Source of the DNA: Toensbergia leucococca
Lineage: Eukaryota
NCBI GenBank assembly: GCA_022813965.1
Contig: JALDZS010000080.1
Span: 1-64,000, forward strand
Length of the DNA: 64,000 nucleotides
Direction of reading: 5' to 3'
In this document: piece after piece, positions 11,880-25,150 of the stretch
Layout of the letters: the number at the start of each line of letters is the position of its first letter
How positions within the stretch are numbered: the stretch's first letter is position 1
Position numbers and translations under genes: made by a program
The notes under the pieces: generated by a model
The model's input: only the letters and a program-made list of their open reading frames with translations
Told to the model about the DNA's origin: nothing
Databases searched by the model: none

Positions 11880-13133
11880 ATGCTTCATGTGGCAGAAACT
11901 TTAACCTCACGCTTCAGCGAAAGCGTATTGCAGGCTACAGTGCTTGGAGTATCATCGAAGTCTGTTCCAACGCTTTACCTCACAGGTCATAGTACCAGAA
12001 TGTCAATGTATGCGAGAACTTACGGAGTGCCTGCAGGCCGCCCCCAAATCTCCCCTCACAGCATTGAGTACGAATACAAAGTCATTAAAACCCTTGATGA
12101 AGGTGCCAACAGTGAACGAGGCGTTGGAGGCCTCAACGAAGGCGTCTACCTCGTCAAAAAGCGTGTCAACGGAAGATTATATGTGCAAAAGAATATTCCA
12201 GGGAACAACGCTAGCCTTGCCCGGGAAATCCACATCCTCCACGCCCTTAAACACCCAAACATCATTACCTTCGCCGACGCCTTTATAACCAAAAACACCA
12301 TCCCTCCTCGACTGAGCCTATACATGGAATACTGTGACCTAGGTAGCCTGCAATCCTTAATCGACACCTACCACGCTCACAACACTCGCAACCCGCTCCG
12401 CCCAGCGGTTTACCTCCCAGAATCCTTCATCTGGCATACCTTTCTCTCCCTCACCTCCGCCCTCCAGTACATCCATCACGGTATCCCCCATTCAAAACCC
12501 TCCACCCCTCTTCCCTCCTCAGCCTGGCCTCTGATCCTCCACCGCGACATCAAACCCGACAACATCTTCCTCCGCTCTGTCTCAACCCAACCTAGTCGCC
12601 TCTCTCGCCTTACCCGTCGGTTCTTCCCCAGATCAAACACCCTTCCAAGAAATCCTTTGCCCTTTCCTCGCGTCATCCTCGCCGACTTTGGCTGCGCCAT
12701 CAATCACGACGACCCAGACTTCGACGTCATTGACCAATTCGTTGGCTCATACGAATGGATGCCACCAGAGCTTCCCGAGACCAGCGCCCGCGGCGATGTC
12801 TGGGCCGTCGGCGCAGTCATCCTCTCTCTCTGCAGGCTCCTTCCCAACGGGCCCGTTGTGCCTGCACCGGCGGAGCTGGGAGATGATGAGAAGGAAATGT
12901 GGTATCAGAGTCGGGAGTCAAGGAAGGGGGTGCGGGATTTGGGAGTTGGGGGGCGGTATTCTGGAGAGTTGGGAGAATTGGTAAGGAGTTGTTTGAGGTT
13001 TTCGAGGGCGAATAGGCCACTGAGTTGGAAGTTGATGGGGATGGTTAGGGAGGGGGAGGAGAAGGCTAGGGCGAGGGGAAGGTGGGAGAAGGGTGGGGGG
13101 GTTTTGCCTGAGTGGGTTTGGAGGAAGAGATAG
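11880..13133 (+). CDS. Ser/Thr protein kinase (NIMA/NEK-like, intronless); true start may be the ATG near 12000
   Basis: LYVQK, REIHILHALKHPNII, LYMEYCDLGSL, LPESFIWH, HRDIKPDNIFL, LADFG, WMPPE, DVWAVG. Confidence 0.9.
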   Translation: MLHVAETLTSRFSESVLQATVLGVSSKSVPTLYLTGHSTRMSMYARTYGVPAGRPQISPHSIEYEYKVIKTLDEGANSERGVGGLNEGVYLVKKRVNGRLYVQKNIPGNNASLAREIHILHALKHPNIITFADAFITKNTIPPRLSLYMEYCDLGSLQSLIDTYHAHNTRNPLRPAVYLPESFIWHTFLSLTSALQYIHHGIPHSKPSTPLPSSAWPLILHRDIKPDNIFLRSVSTQPSRLSRLTRRFFPRSNTLPRNPLPFPRVILADFGCAINHDDPDFDVIDQFVGSYEWMPPELPETSARGDVWAVGAVILSLCRLLPNGPVVPAPAELGDDEKEMWYQSRESRKGVRDLGVGGRYSGELGELVRSCLRFSRANRPLSWKLMGMVREGEEKARARGRWEKGGGVLPEWVWRKR

Positions 13134-13771
13134 GAGAGATTTTGGGTTTTGCATTGGTGGAGGGTGTCTTATATTTATTTTTTCGACTTTCTCATGTAGA
13201 CTGTAACTATCTCTATCGACTTTGAACGGAACGGTGATCTTTTAAGCATGTCCTAGTTGCTCCCTCGGTGCTTCGCATGTACATACCCCGTTACACCATG
13301 TACTGTCTGGATTATTTGCAATCAAAGTCTCCTATCTTCAGGGAAAGCAACAGTGACAAATGGCTAATCGTGGAACAATATCAGCGTGCCGGAAATCCCA
13401 TCTTCACTCCAATCTCGCCCCTGCTTCAAAGACCCCCGTACCCGTTCCACGAAACAGAAAACGATAGCATAACGCAGGCAGACCATACCATCCAGCTCCC
13501 ACAACCCCACCCCCAAAACCAAAAAAAAAAAACCACCCAAAAACCCCACCACAACCAAGCCCTCGCCCGGAAAAGAAAAAAAACAAAAAGCAGTAACAAG
13601 AAACTCACCAAAAATCTCAGCACCATGAACACAAAATCCATCTTTCAAAAGTACGCGAAAACTACGCATACACAGTTCTCAAAGTCAGACCATCTCCAAA
13701 CCCCCCCAAAAAAAACAATACCCACTTGGGTTCAAATTTTCCATCATGTAGGATTTTATTCTCTTTCCTCT

Positions 13772-14593
13772 TTAGTCCGGGTTCGAAGTACCTGATTCTG
13801 GTGTTCGTTGCCTGCTTGAGGGATTGGGAGTGGACTGTCGGCTTGAGGAGGCGGGGGTAGGGATGGCGGTTGTGGAGGGAGTGGGGATGGGTGTTGTGGA
13901 GGGGATCGCGCAGGCTGAGGTGGAAGTGGGGTTTGTAGGATGAGAGGGATTGGGAGAGGGATGGTGGTAGGGTTCGTAGGGACTCCAAGCCGCAGGGACG
14001 GGAATTGGATTGGGCCCTGTGAGGAGGATGGAGGGGCCTAGTACGGGCTCCCAGCGGCGTATGTGGTGGCGAGGAGTTTGGGAGGCGGGGTGGGGGTTGG
14101 GTTGGGCGTTTGGGAGGGAGTTGGTGCTTGAGGTGTCTGGTGGGAGGGGACGGGTATGATGGGAGAGCTGGGGATGGGAGGTGGAGGGTTGGATGGTTGG
14201 AGCCATTGGGATTGGAGGGAGTTCTGAGCTGCTTGAGGAGGGGCGCTGGGTTGGGGTTGATTGTTCAGGTTCGGGGTTCGCGGTCTGGGAATCTGCGGGG
14301 AGAGGTGCCGGGGGAGGCCGTCGTAGGATCGTGCGAGGTTGGGTTTCGTCGGCTTGGGCATATGGGTAGAGGACCCCGGTGTGGTTTACGGGCCTTGTGA
14401 AATCGTCGGGGTCTAGGATTTGGGAGGAGGCCGTGGGAGGGTTGGTGGATTCGTTGAATGTTGGGTTTGTGGGACGGCGTGGAGGGTGGGCGAATTCAGG
14501 ATTGGGACTGTGTATAGGGTTGGTGTGCTTTTTGGGGGCCATTGCGGCAGTTGAAGGTGGAGACGGATTAGTGAGACTTGTGGTCGAGGTCAA
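13772..14593 (-). CDS. Proline-rich hypothetical protein
   Basis: Long ORF (likely start MAPKKH) with 'RRWEPVLGPSILLTGPNP'. It lies in a compositionally biased region, so it could be spurious or frameshifted. Confidence 0.35.
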   Translation of the reverse strand: MTSTTSLTNPSPPSTAAMAPKKHTNPIHSPNPEFAHPPRRPTNPTFNESTNPPTASSQILDPDDFTRPVNHTGVLYPYAQADETQPRTILRRPPPAPLPADSQTANPEPEQSTPTQRPSSSSSELPPIPMAPTIQPSTSHPQLSHHTRPLPPDTSSTNSLPNAQPNPHPASQTPRHHIRRWEPVLGPSILLTGPNPIPVPAAWSPYEPYHHPSPNPSHPTNPTSTSACAIPSTTPIPTPSTTAIPTPASSSRQSTPNPSSRQRTPESGTSNPD

Positions 14594-15827
14594 AGGGTTG
14601 GTGCTTGTTTTCGGTACGGCGGCTCGTTGGGCTTAGGGTCTTTTGGCAGGGTTGGAGGCGAGTCTGATGGGTAGAATGATGGATGTGGGCGGTATGGGAA
14701 TGAGGAGAACGGAAAGAGTAGATATATAGCAGAATTGTAATCAAGGAGATGACGTGGGTCAACAACGAGAAGATGAAAACACAACGAGATGCGTGGGGAT
14801 GATTTGGTGCTGAGATGGTCTTGGGCAAACGTGGAAGATCTGGCTGTGGCAAGTCCAGGCAAATGCACTTTCGCATTTCAGGAATGCATGGATGGAGCTT
14901 GAAAAGGAGGAAAGGAGTCTTCTGAAGAGAAATTAATAATGTACGATTCGAAAGCTGTAGATAGTCCTATGGATATAGATAGAAGGAAGTGCAACGGCCA
15001 GAACAAAAGAATCAAAAGCTTCCATTGATCTTTTTTTTCAGTATTAATGGAGGAGGCGATGGCCAATTTGAAGATGACGCAACATCATATGTAGAAAGAG
15101 CAGGAATCAGGTGATTGAATACAAGCAGGAGACTCGATTCAGATGAGACCATGGTCAAAGAGAAAGACACAGGCGTAGAAATAGAAATACAATATACGGA
15201 AGAATTGCGAAGGAGGTAGAAGAGTAAGGCATGAAATGCGGAATCGAAGAGCAAAGACGATTTGTATCAGGAAATAAATATCAGCTTCACAACGTCCCAC
15301 ACTTTGCTTTCCCATATTCTACTCGAAGCACACTGAGCCTTGTCGAATGTCGTCGCCGCCAACGTTTATGACTCTCATCGATAGGCTGAGGGCTTGATTG
15401 AATGCCATTCTGATCTCTGACATGCATAGGAGCGGAAGCTAGTGCTGGTGGTGCATCGTCATCGGCGATACCTACTCCGTACCAGTCAGCAAAGTTGCTC
15501 TCTTGGATTGGTCATCAAAAACACATGTTCACCATGACGATGCTGTGCGGTGCAATATCCATCAACTTGTTCTACTCTGTCATGGAATCAGCTCTTATTT
15601 GGACTTTGGCAGGAACATACAATCTGCCAGAAAGAGTCTCTTTGCCTACCTTAGCATTCATTCCTACCTTCATTGACTCTCCCTGAAGAGCCTGAATGCC
15701 TTGTCGTTGTTAACATTAGATTATTCATAAGCCTTCTTGGCAAGTCTACAGCCATCGCATACTCCTGATCCATTCTCATTCTCATTCTCATTCCCAGAGC
15801 AGACTGCCAAACTTCTTTCATCTCAAG

Positions 15828-18135
15828 ATGGGGCTTCTGTAAGCCCTCATATAATCAAAACTCTGGTCAACTAGACTGACTTTCTCTTCTCCTCGAAAGA
15901 GCCAAGGGAACCGCTCTGCCCTGGCCTGAGGCTAAGAAAAATGCTGACCATGTCCGGCAATGGGGAATCGAGGTGCACGAATAATCCCACACATTGCCAG
16001 AGCTTGCCAACCTGACAATCACCACAGCAACTGCTTGCCATATGGCGACGGGCAAAGGGAAAGGAGCGGGATGTGCTTCTCTGGGGAGACGAGGTACACT
16101 GAGCCTACTTTCCAATTAGCTACCTAGCTTATCGAACTGCAGATTGAATACCTGGTCGTGGCCTTTGAAGACGAACGCCGTAAAGTCAAGCTCTCCTTAC
16201 GACAAGCCGATATTCTAGAGGCACTAGCGAATGATGGAGATCTATGCGAGCACGGTGGATGTGTACCCGACCTTCAGACTGTCCATAAGTAAGGATCTCA
16301 CTCGACTTTCGACAAGTTCATGTGCTGAGTTACGATAGAACTGCCGACACTCTCCCAGTCTTCCATCCAGAGTTTGGGCGTTACATGTTAGAAGCTACAC
16401 CTGGTAAGCCTTGGGGTATTGGCTTCAAGGACCTGCTGGATGTTGAGCCCAATATGAAATGGCGGTCGGTCACTGTGTCGATATCGCCATAAAGACTTCG
16501 CTGATCAAAGCCCAAAGGAGGACTATTGCCAAGGATCATATGGACCCGAACGAGTATCCCATTACCCTGACAACATTCCCTCGTCTAGGTACAAGAGACG
16601 ACTACATTTGTCCCTACTTTCCACCTTCTGGCCCCATGCTGCGATCTCAGTTCCTTCCAGACGAGATTGCCAATCCACATATTCGATTCCCCACTTTAGC
16701 TGCCAACATAAGATCGCGAAGAGGTCGCAAGGTTGAAATCAATGTTCCCATCTTCAAAGACCAACATACTTCCATACCATTTAAAGACCCTACTGTCCAC
16801 TATGACCTTCACAGGTGGCCCGAAGATGACGACGTGCGAAACGGAGCTGCAAAGATTGATCATGTTTATCTGGATGCAATGGCTTTTGGTATGGGTAGTT
16901 GCTGCCTGCAGATCACTTTCCAAGCCAAGAACATTACTGAAGGACGGCGTCTCTATGATCAGCTCAGCCCGCTGGGACCGATCATGCTAGCTTTGACGGC
17001 AGCAACACCAATCTACAAAGGTTTTCTTGTAGATACCGATGTGCGATGGAATCAGATCAGTAAGGCGGTTGATGACAGGACCCCGGGAGAGCTAGGAGAG
17101 GCCGTGAGGAATTCGTGCATCTGCTCTCTGGATAATCTGGCTGACGAAATCTAGCCCCTGGAAAACGATCGATGGCGGATACCCAAGTCAAGATATGCCG
17201 CAAATTCAACGTATATCTCGCAAGACATCCGCCTACGAAAAGAATACATGGATCCAGACCTTATAATCGACAAAGACATAAAACATAAGCTCGTAGACGG
17301 CGGCATGGACGACCTCCTAGCCACGCACTTTGCCCACCTCTTCATCCGCGACCCTATCGTCATCTTCGCCGAAGACCTCCAAGATCTGGATCTCAATAAA
17401 ACCGACCACTTCGAAAACCTTCAATCCACAAATTGGCAGCACATTCGCTTCAAACCTCCTCCCCACGACAATGACACCGGCTGGCGCGTCGAATTTCGCC
17501 CCATGGAAATCCAAATCACTGATTTCGAAAACGCCGCTTTTGCAATCTTCATCGTACTCATCACCCGCGCCATACTAAGCTTCGATTTAAATTTCTACAT
17601 CCCCATCGCCCGGACTACCGAAAACATGGAAACCGCCCACGTCCGCAACGCCGTCCTGGAGCAGAAATTCTACTTTCGCAAAAACCCTCTCCCGCTACGT
17701 CCCATCAAAATAAGCAATGCCTCGGGGACTACAACCCCTACGCAAGCCTCCAGACCCCCCACGCCCTTTGGTCCCGTCGAAGACGAATATGCCCTCTTGA
17801 CCATTGACGAGATCATCAACGGCCAACAACTAGACGGCTTCCCCGGCCTCATCCCCCTCGTCGAATCCTACCTCAATTCGGTCAATGTCGACGTCGAAAC
17901 TAGATGCGAGTTGGCGCGTTATCTGGATTTGATCCGGAAACGGGCGTCAGGCCAGCTATGGACGGGTGCGAAGTGGATTCGGGAGTTTGTGAAGGACCAT
18001 AAAGAGTATGTGGGGGATAGTGTCGTTGGGGCGGGGGTTTGTTATGATCTTGTGAAGGCGGTGGAGGAGGTTACGAAATTTGAGGGGATGGGGAAAGGGG
18101 TTGGGGTTGAGATGTTTAGGGTCGGGGGAAAGTGA
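15828..18135 (+). CDS. GSH1: Glutamate-cysteine ligase catalytic subunit (gamma-glutamylcysteine synthetase)
   Basis: MGLL|AKGTALPWPEAKK, LLWGDE|IEY, FHPEFGRYMLEATPG, HIRFPTLAANIRSRRGRKV, YLDAMAFGMGSCCLQITFQ, HFENLQSTNWQ, GWRVEFRPME; multiple GT-AG introns. Confidence 0.97.
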
Positions 18136-18437
18136 GAGGAGTATAGGGAGATGAGGTTCTTGTTGCGGTGTTGGTATTTTGATTATGGGGGCTGTACGGG
18201 CGGGCGGAACATGAATTTCCAGGTGCAATGAGGAGGAGCGTTGACGGGTGATTTTGTTCCCAGATATAAAATTCCTGGCTTTCAGACTTTAGCATTTCTA
18301 CTTTCTCTCACCCCCCCCTATTCATACCTCATCTACATCCCCCTTTTTTCTTTTCTCATGAAATTTTGTGATGGTGGTTGTGGAGGGGTCGATTGTGTTT
18401 CCCAAGCCCTTTCATCATCTTGCTTTCCTCATCTTTC

Positions 18438-18439
<2 letters not shown>

Positions 18440-18469
<30 letters not shown>

Positions 18470-18478
18470 CTTCTTCTT
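18440..18478. repeat. (CTT)n microsatellite
   Basis: Uninterrupted cttcttctt run downstream of GSH1. Confidence 0.95.
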
Positions 18479-21400
18479 TCCGACTCCGTTCATTGTCCAT
18501 ATCTGTATCTACAAATTTTCACATTCATAATACTCACATGTCCCTTCCCATCCCATCCCCATCCCATTCTATTCCTTCTCCCCGTATTGGCTACCAACTT
18601 TTTTTTTTTTTGCAGTGTGTGTCTGCGGGGCGCATTTTTTGGGGGTTTTATAGGGAGGAGGAGGAGGAGGAAGGAGTGAGGGTTTGGATTTTTGTTTTCT
18701 TGGGATGAGGGTGGTGGTGGTTTGTGGTGGCTGGGTTTTTTGCTGGGTTTGTTGTGGTTTGTTTTTTTTTTTCGTGTTGGGGGGGTGTGTTTGAGAGGTG
18801 TGCTTTACTTGCGGGAGGGAAAGGTGGGGGTTGTTGTGAGGGGGCGGATTGTTGTTGTTGGGAAGGGGGGGTCGGTTTGTGTTGAGGGTGGGTATGCCGG
18901 CTTTTTGAGATGGGGGGGTTTTGTTGAATTGGGTCTTTTTTTTTCTCTTCTTTCCTCTTCCTCTTCTTCTTTATCTCGTTCATTTCTCGGTCTTATCTTT
19001 ATCCCATCACTTCCATCACAGCGTAACTGTCCTTGTCCTTTTCTGGAGCCCCTATTTTCTCGTTCCCCGCTCTCCGCTCTCGGCCTGTTTTTCTATGAGA
19101 TTATAAGGATGGGCAGGTTTTTGAGGGGTGCGGTTGGTGATAATTAGGTCTGTGTGGGACTTTTATGCGGTAACATGCTCTCCCTTCCTCTCCTCCCCTC
19201 TCTTCTCTCCTCTTGAGAGTCTCGCCGTCTTCTTCCCTTTTGGCGCCGGCCCTGCTCTCACATATATATGATGTTTTTTTTTTTTTTGCTTTCTCTGTGA
19301 CAAGTCAAGATTCTACAACGCTGAATTTCTACTTTTCATTATCCCTACTCCTCCTTCTACCCCAGTCCCTATACCTCCCACAGCTGACCTAATCAAAAAA
19401 AAACAAAAAAACAAAAAACCAAAAGCAATCTTCAATAGGAAGAAGGAAAAGAAGATGTGAGATGGAAAATAGACATTTTGAGTTAAAAAAAGAAAGAGTG
19501 ATGAACAGAGATTTGATTAGCGGCGGTGAGACTTGTTTTCCCAAAAAGAATAAATAAAAAAATTGACAAGGCCTTCTTCAGCAATCCAAAGAGCACATAA
19601 AGGAAAGGCCGGGGGGTGTCATTTTCAGGAGGAAAAAAAAATAAAAGATGCAAAATAAGAAAAACAAAAAGCTGGGCGACGAAAATACCCATCTGAAATA
19701 TCAAAACACTCCCCCCACCAAAACCCTTCCCTCCCATCCAAAAAAACCCTTCCTTTTTCAAAAAGAGAACAGATCTAGCCAGTCCTATTCAGCCCCCGCA
19801 CTTTGATCACAGCCAATTTTCTACAAAGTACCATATTTTCTCAAAAGAGGGGCAGGATATATGCTCTAGAAACAAATCACCTCTATACTGAATTCATTTT
19901 GCGGTGAACCCTTTATTTTTGAGGGGTGGCCGTTTTGTTTTGTGTCTCCGTGCCCCACCGTTTTGATGTGTTGATGGATTGGATGGGATGGGATGCAACT
20001 GAGTAAGGGTACGGAGATGGTATTTTTTGCCAATTGTGTGTTTGTGAATTTGTGACTCACTGTTTGTTTTGAGGGGCCAGGATTTCTATAGCAAGGGAAA
20101 TGAGAATCTTGGAAGCTATGTTCTATTCAATGAATGACATCCTCATCCTCATCCTCATCCTCAAACCCGCCCCCCTCAAATTCAAATCCAAAAAAAAGAC
20201 CTCAACCCTAACCCTCAGAGCACCATAACCCTTCAGAGCAGCACAAAACAGACAAACCCAGCAAAAAAACAAACATCGACATTCCGGCCCCCGAATCCCC
20301 TCAATCTAATCCCTCAAGGAAACCCCCAACCACCCAAAACAAAGCTCACAGCATCTTATCTCAAAAGAAGGGGGGGGGGTCAGGGGGAGATACATAGGGT
20401 AGGGTACATGACACACCCTCTCCATCACGATTTTGTGCAACTGCAGTAAACAAAATGTCCATGAAGAAGATCAGATCAGATCGCCGCGGATTAGAAAAGG
20501 TGTGTATATCCATTCTACAGATTGATTTGAATACCTAGGTCATTTTGCGTTCATACGCTTATTACTCAAATGGGGAAATTGAAACGACTAGTCCCCCAAG
20601 GGTAGGTATTTTCATATCCTCGCTCTGATCAGATTCCATGTCCGCGAAAAGGGGGGAGCGGCCCTGGCACAGTGCTGCTGCTGTTAGGAAAATCTGAAAA
20701 GCATGATTCAAGGATGTGGAGGGGAAAATGGGGGGAGGGGGTGGGAAGGTGCTGAAGGAGGGGGGTGATGGGTGTCGTGTATGGCTTTTGCAAAAGGAGG
20801 GGCGGTGGGTAGATTGTGAGAGAGGTGATGTGTATGGTCTCATTTTTTTTTTCTCTGAGGGGGTCTGTGTCCTTGTTCGGGTGGGGCATTGTGCTTCAAT
20901 CTGACATGTCATGGGCTTTGGGGGGGATCCTGCTAGAGGTTTTGAGTGGTGTTTTTAGGAGATTGGCATGGCTTTTGGGAGGGTTGGTGAAGATGATCTC
21001 TCGATTGATTGTTGGGATAGTTTGAAAAAGCGGCTGTAGGAATGTGATGGATCGCGAGAATGAGATTTTTGTGGGGAGGTATTGGTCTGTGAGATAGATG
21101 GCAAGTCAAACGATGTATCTTCAGATATAGTTGATCGGTGAATGAAGGTGCGTGTGATTCTTTGAGAGTAACTTCTAGTCATACATGATACAACAAGTCA
21201 CAACAGAACACGGACAAGAGGAGTTTGGGATTCGTCATCCGTTACATGCCCAGACAGGCATTGACATCTTGTGCTTCTGGTGGCTTGTGGGGAAGAGGAT
21301 CCGAGAAGCACAGCATGTGATACTAAACACAAGGATGCAAATACCAAAAACGATAGGATACCAAATGGGGAGATATCAATAAAGGTGGAGATGATTGAGT

Positions 21401-24400
21401 AATGTGCAGGACGCATGCTGCAGGTTTGACAGCTGTCAAAAATGCATGAAACCGTGCTGGTGCGGAGAGTAGATCTCGTCTCTTTTCTGGCCAGTTCATT
21501 TATCTGGATTGGTGGGTGGCATCGGAGACGTGCAGTTGGGGCAATGAGGGGGAAATGCAGTGATGCCTTGGTGAGATTCAGCGTTGTCGTCGCTTGGGTA
21601 GTTGCTTTTTCAAGAGTCAAGGGCGAATGATGAAGAGGGTAGATTCATTGTTGTTGTTGTCGTAGTCGCACTCGCGACCGAAGAGAATGGCGAGAATGGC
21701 GAGAAAGGAGGAAAGGAGGAAAGGAGGATAGCGGATGGGATTTCATGCGTGACCATGCACGGCGCATACGGATACCCCGAGCCGATCTTTCCATCTCACA
21801 GCTGTCAAACTTGCAGATGATCTTCTCTCGGAACGACGTGTCATCTAACATATTCTACACTGCGAGATGGCAAGCATATCTCTGATTGTAGCGCAATCAC
21901 CAGGTTGGACGGCTAAGGAGGAAGGAAGGACGAAAAAGCCGGCGGGTGCAAATGCCCACAGTGCAAAGTCAAAATCTGACTAAAGGGCGAGCACACACAG
22001 TCCCGAGTATTTCTCCGTCTGCAGCACACATCGTATCATGATGCAGCGCTTGGATGCGCGAACTACAGCGGCAGGTGAAATATTCATGCAGCTTTGGCAC
22101 TTGCATCAGGCCTCGGGGAAAGCTGCCAGCCAATAGGAATGACTAGATACCGATGCTCTGTGGGGGCAATTGAATCTGTGTGGAAGGCCCAATGACCCGC
22201 TGCGCTTCATCAAATTTAAGCGTCAATTCACCCTGCTTAATGCTGTTCGAGGATTCGAGGGATTGAACTGGTCGCAGCTCGAATTGCACAGAGTGCGAAT
22301 CCTGCCGCTGCAGTAGACGCGTCAGCCAGATGAGGACCGTTTATCCATGACCCACGGCTCGACCATGACCTGAGTGATCTTAAGAGTAGAGAGGACATCA
22401 TATGACTAGACCCAAGCACAAATGATCTTGAAGGCTAAATGCCCACCCAAGCCACTCAAGCCACCCTCTCTCATTTGACCAAGCGAACCGAGAAGATTTA
22501 TTAAGGTGTTTTCCAAGCTGGCTAACAGATCGTTGTGTGGGGGCCGTGCTCGGAGCTTCACTGCCAGTTTGGGACGAAGTGGCATGTTGGAAGGTTGAAC
22601 GGATCCTGTACCGTCGTGTCCCTCTTTGAAATGAACAACATCTACCACTTAGTGTCTTGGCCAAAGTGGGATGGATGTGAAACGGAAGACGCCTTAACGT
22701 CGCGTACGAGGCGAGATGAGACATGGCTGAATCAGATCTCGATCGCTATCGATAAGCGGCATTTGCTCATCGGGGGTAGACCGTTGAACTCCTGAACCTT
22801 GTCATCCCGTAGCCGAGGTCGCTTCCTTATTCGTCGCTGAATCCAGGTAGCAGAGCCGGATGCAGCACTGCTCTGAACATGCATACTGCATGCGCTCGTA
22901 GTCACAGAAATCACACATTAATCTCATATCTGCTCCAACAGAATCCGGGCACGCTGGCAGATAAAGACGACTTCCACCTGTCGACGAGACTAAGCCGGTT
23001 TTGATTGGAGAGCTGTGTGGAACATGCTGCCGTCTTCTGCACACCAAATGTTGCATTAGCGCAGCCAAGATCTACCTCCCCAGACAGGCAACACCCTTTC
23101 TAGATTGATGCACACTGACGCTGAGCAAGCCTTGAGTCAGACGCAGAATAGGAATAGCCTGTAGCTTTCTGTCTCGTGGTCAGCCGCTGTCAAGCCTCTT
23201 TCAGACGATCGGCACAGAAAACCCAAGGAACCCTCAGCATTATTGAGGCAATCGAAAGTGCGGTATTATTACGGGCACATTCCCCAGAATAAATAATGGA
23301 TCTGGGGCAGTACTTCTGTGTCATTCTACCGAGTTGCTCGCTGACCTGCCTGATCAAAGGCAAGAAGACGACTACCTAGGTAGGCAAGGAACTCAAACAG
23401 GAAGCGCTCGGCCCCCAGAAAACATGCACTCGCTTGCCAGTATTCTAGCGCTGAGGGTAAGGCGACGTAACAATTGGTAGGGAAATATTCGTGGCTAAGG
23501 TACGTGGTGACATTACCTAGAAAGGCAAGAGGTGGGACCAGCTGTCACGTGATGTATAATCGGGCTCTATCTCATTTGGGAATTAAGGTTGACAACAAAG
23601 TCGAGTTAATCTGACCATCTTTTCCAGAAGTTGGATGCCACCTTTGCGTGTGTGGTGGTACAGCAGTCAGCCCGGATACGATCGATCCGCCCGCCATCAT
23701 CGGGTAGATGCTTCGGAGCTCCATAACCTTGCAGCGCACCGTGCTGGTTACAACCACGATTCGTAAGACGACAAAAGAGTAGTACTACGACGACGACAGG
23801 TAGTGAAACTCGAACTCGAATAATTCAGCAAAACGGTCGATAGGGGCGGTAAACTTGGCCAGGGAGTCACAGCCGATCAACTTTTCTCCACGCCTCGCTT
23901 GCCCCTTTTGGGCAGCAATGGCTGAAAGAGAGGCACGGTGCCCGACCGGGGGAGTGATTGGCTTTGAAGACAATTCCGAATAACCCCTGCCTACCTTAGA
24001 TATAAATCATCATACTGGTGTACTATCAGATGCAACCCCTCCATCATAATTCATCCCTACAAATCAACTACATACCAACTCTTCTCCCACTCACGCCGTC
24101 CCAGCTCGCGCCCGCCCCATCTACGGCGATGCAGTACTTTCGGTACTAGTACCATCACACAGAAGCCACTTGATCGGTATGCAATTTTAGCCAATGCCAT
24201 GCTCCAGCAATACCAGTTTGACATCTTGACATCCCTCCAACCTGTCGACCAATATATGAGAATAGTATCACGTGTTCCTTTTAATCTCGAATAACGTCAT
24301 GTGGGGTACGACCAATTAACGTAATGCTCAATGTTATCAACCAAGAACTACACATACCTTCCCAGGGCCGCTGTTCGCCTTTCGTATGAGTATTAAGAGC

Positions 24401-25122
24401 CTTGTTTCGACTGTTCCGTAAGCGTTGACTGTCGAAGCTTTCCAATCATAGCCATCTTACGCGACCTGCATATGCCATGCCTGCATATGAGACTGTCGAG
24501 TGCAGTAGACGAAGCTTGCCAGGGCGTCGATCCCATATCCAAGACAAGATGCCACCAAGTACTTTGGGCATGAGGGACTGCTGAAGAGTTGAGTCATGCC
24601 GTGGATGTGATAGCTGGAGTCATTGTGCTCCTTACAGACGCCACGCTCTTGACCACATGGTTGACAGTATGCAAGGTGTATGGAGCCTGCAGATATCCGG
24701 TGGCAGATACTAGAAATGAATTAGGCCCCTTGGTTGGACTTGATCTCTTACTGGCGGACGGATCAAGCTTTCGTTTTGTCACGGCGATAGAGTCCATAGT
24801 ACCCTGATCCCATGGATAAGTAGCAACATTAATGAGACGAAGGGTGGCGATGTAGGTTACTAAAGCGGACAAGCGGCATGCCATAAACCCATAAACGTGA
24901 CCGTAACCGATCGCTTAGGAGCCGAACACCGGGGTCCTACTCGTTGTAACGCAATCAATGGCAGAGAGAGTAACAACAAATGCGCAGTGAATTGATCTTA
25001 ATAAGATACAAACCCTATTGAGTCAAGGTCGACCATTTTCTTCAGAAGTCGTAGCAGTACTCGTAGTACAAATAGAATAGGTAGTAATTGATGAATTGCG
25101 GTGATGAACGGAGAAGATCAAT

Positions 25123-25150
25123 TCATCATCATCATCATCATCATCATCAT
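25123..25150. repeat. (TCA/CAT)n microsatellite upstream of the GATA gene
   Basis: tcatcatcatcat run of about 9 units. Confidence 0.9.

Noticed and set aside
13268..13795. 175-aa ORF and overlapping F/K-rich ORFs
   Set aside because: Produced by A/C homopolymer tracts in a convergent intergenic spacer; no protein-like motifs.
18241..21200. Many short ORFs rich in F, K, G, P and S
   Set aside because: Low-complexity tracts and microsatellites leave frames open by chance.
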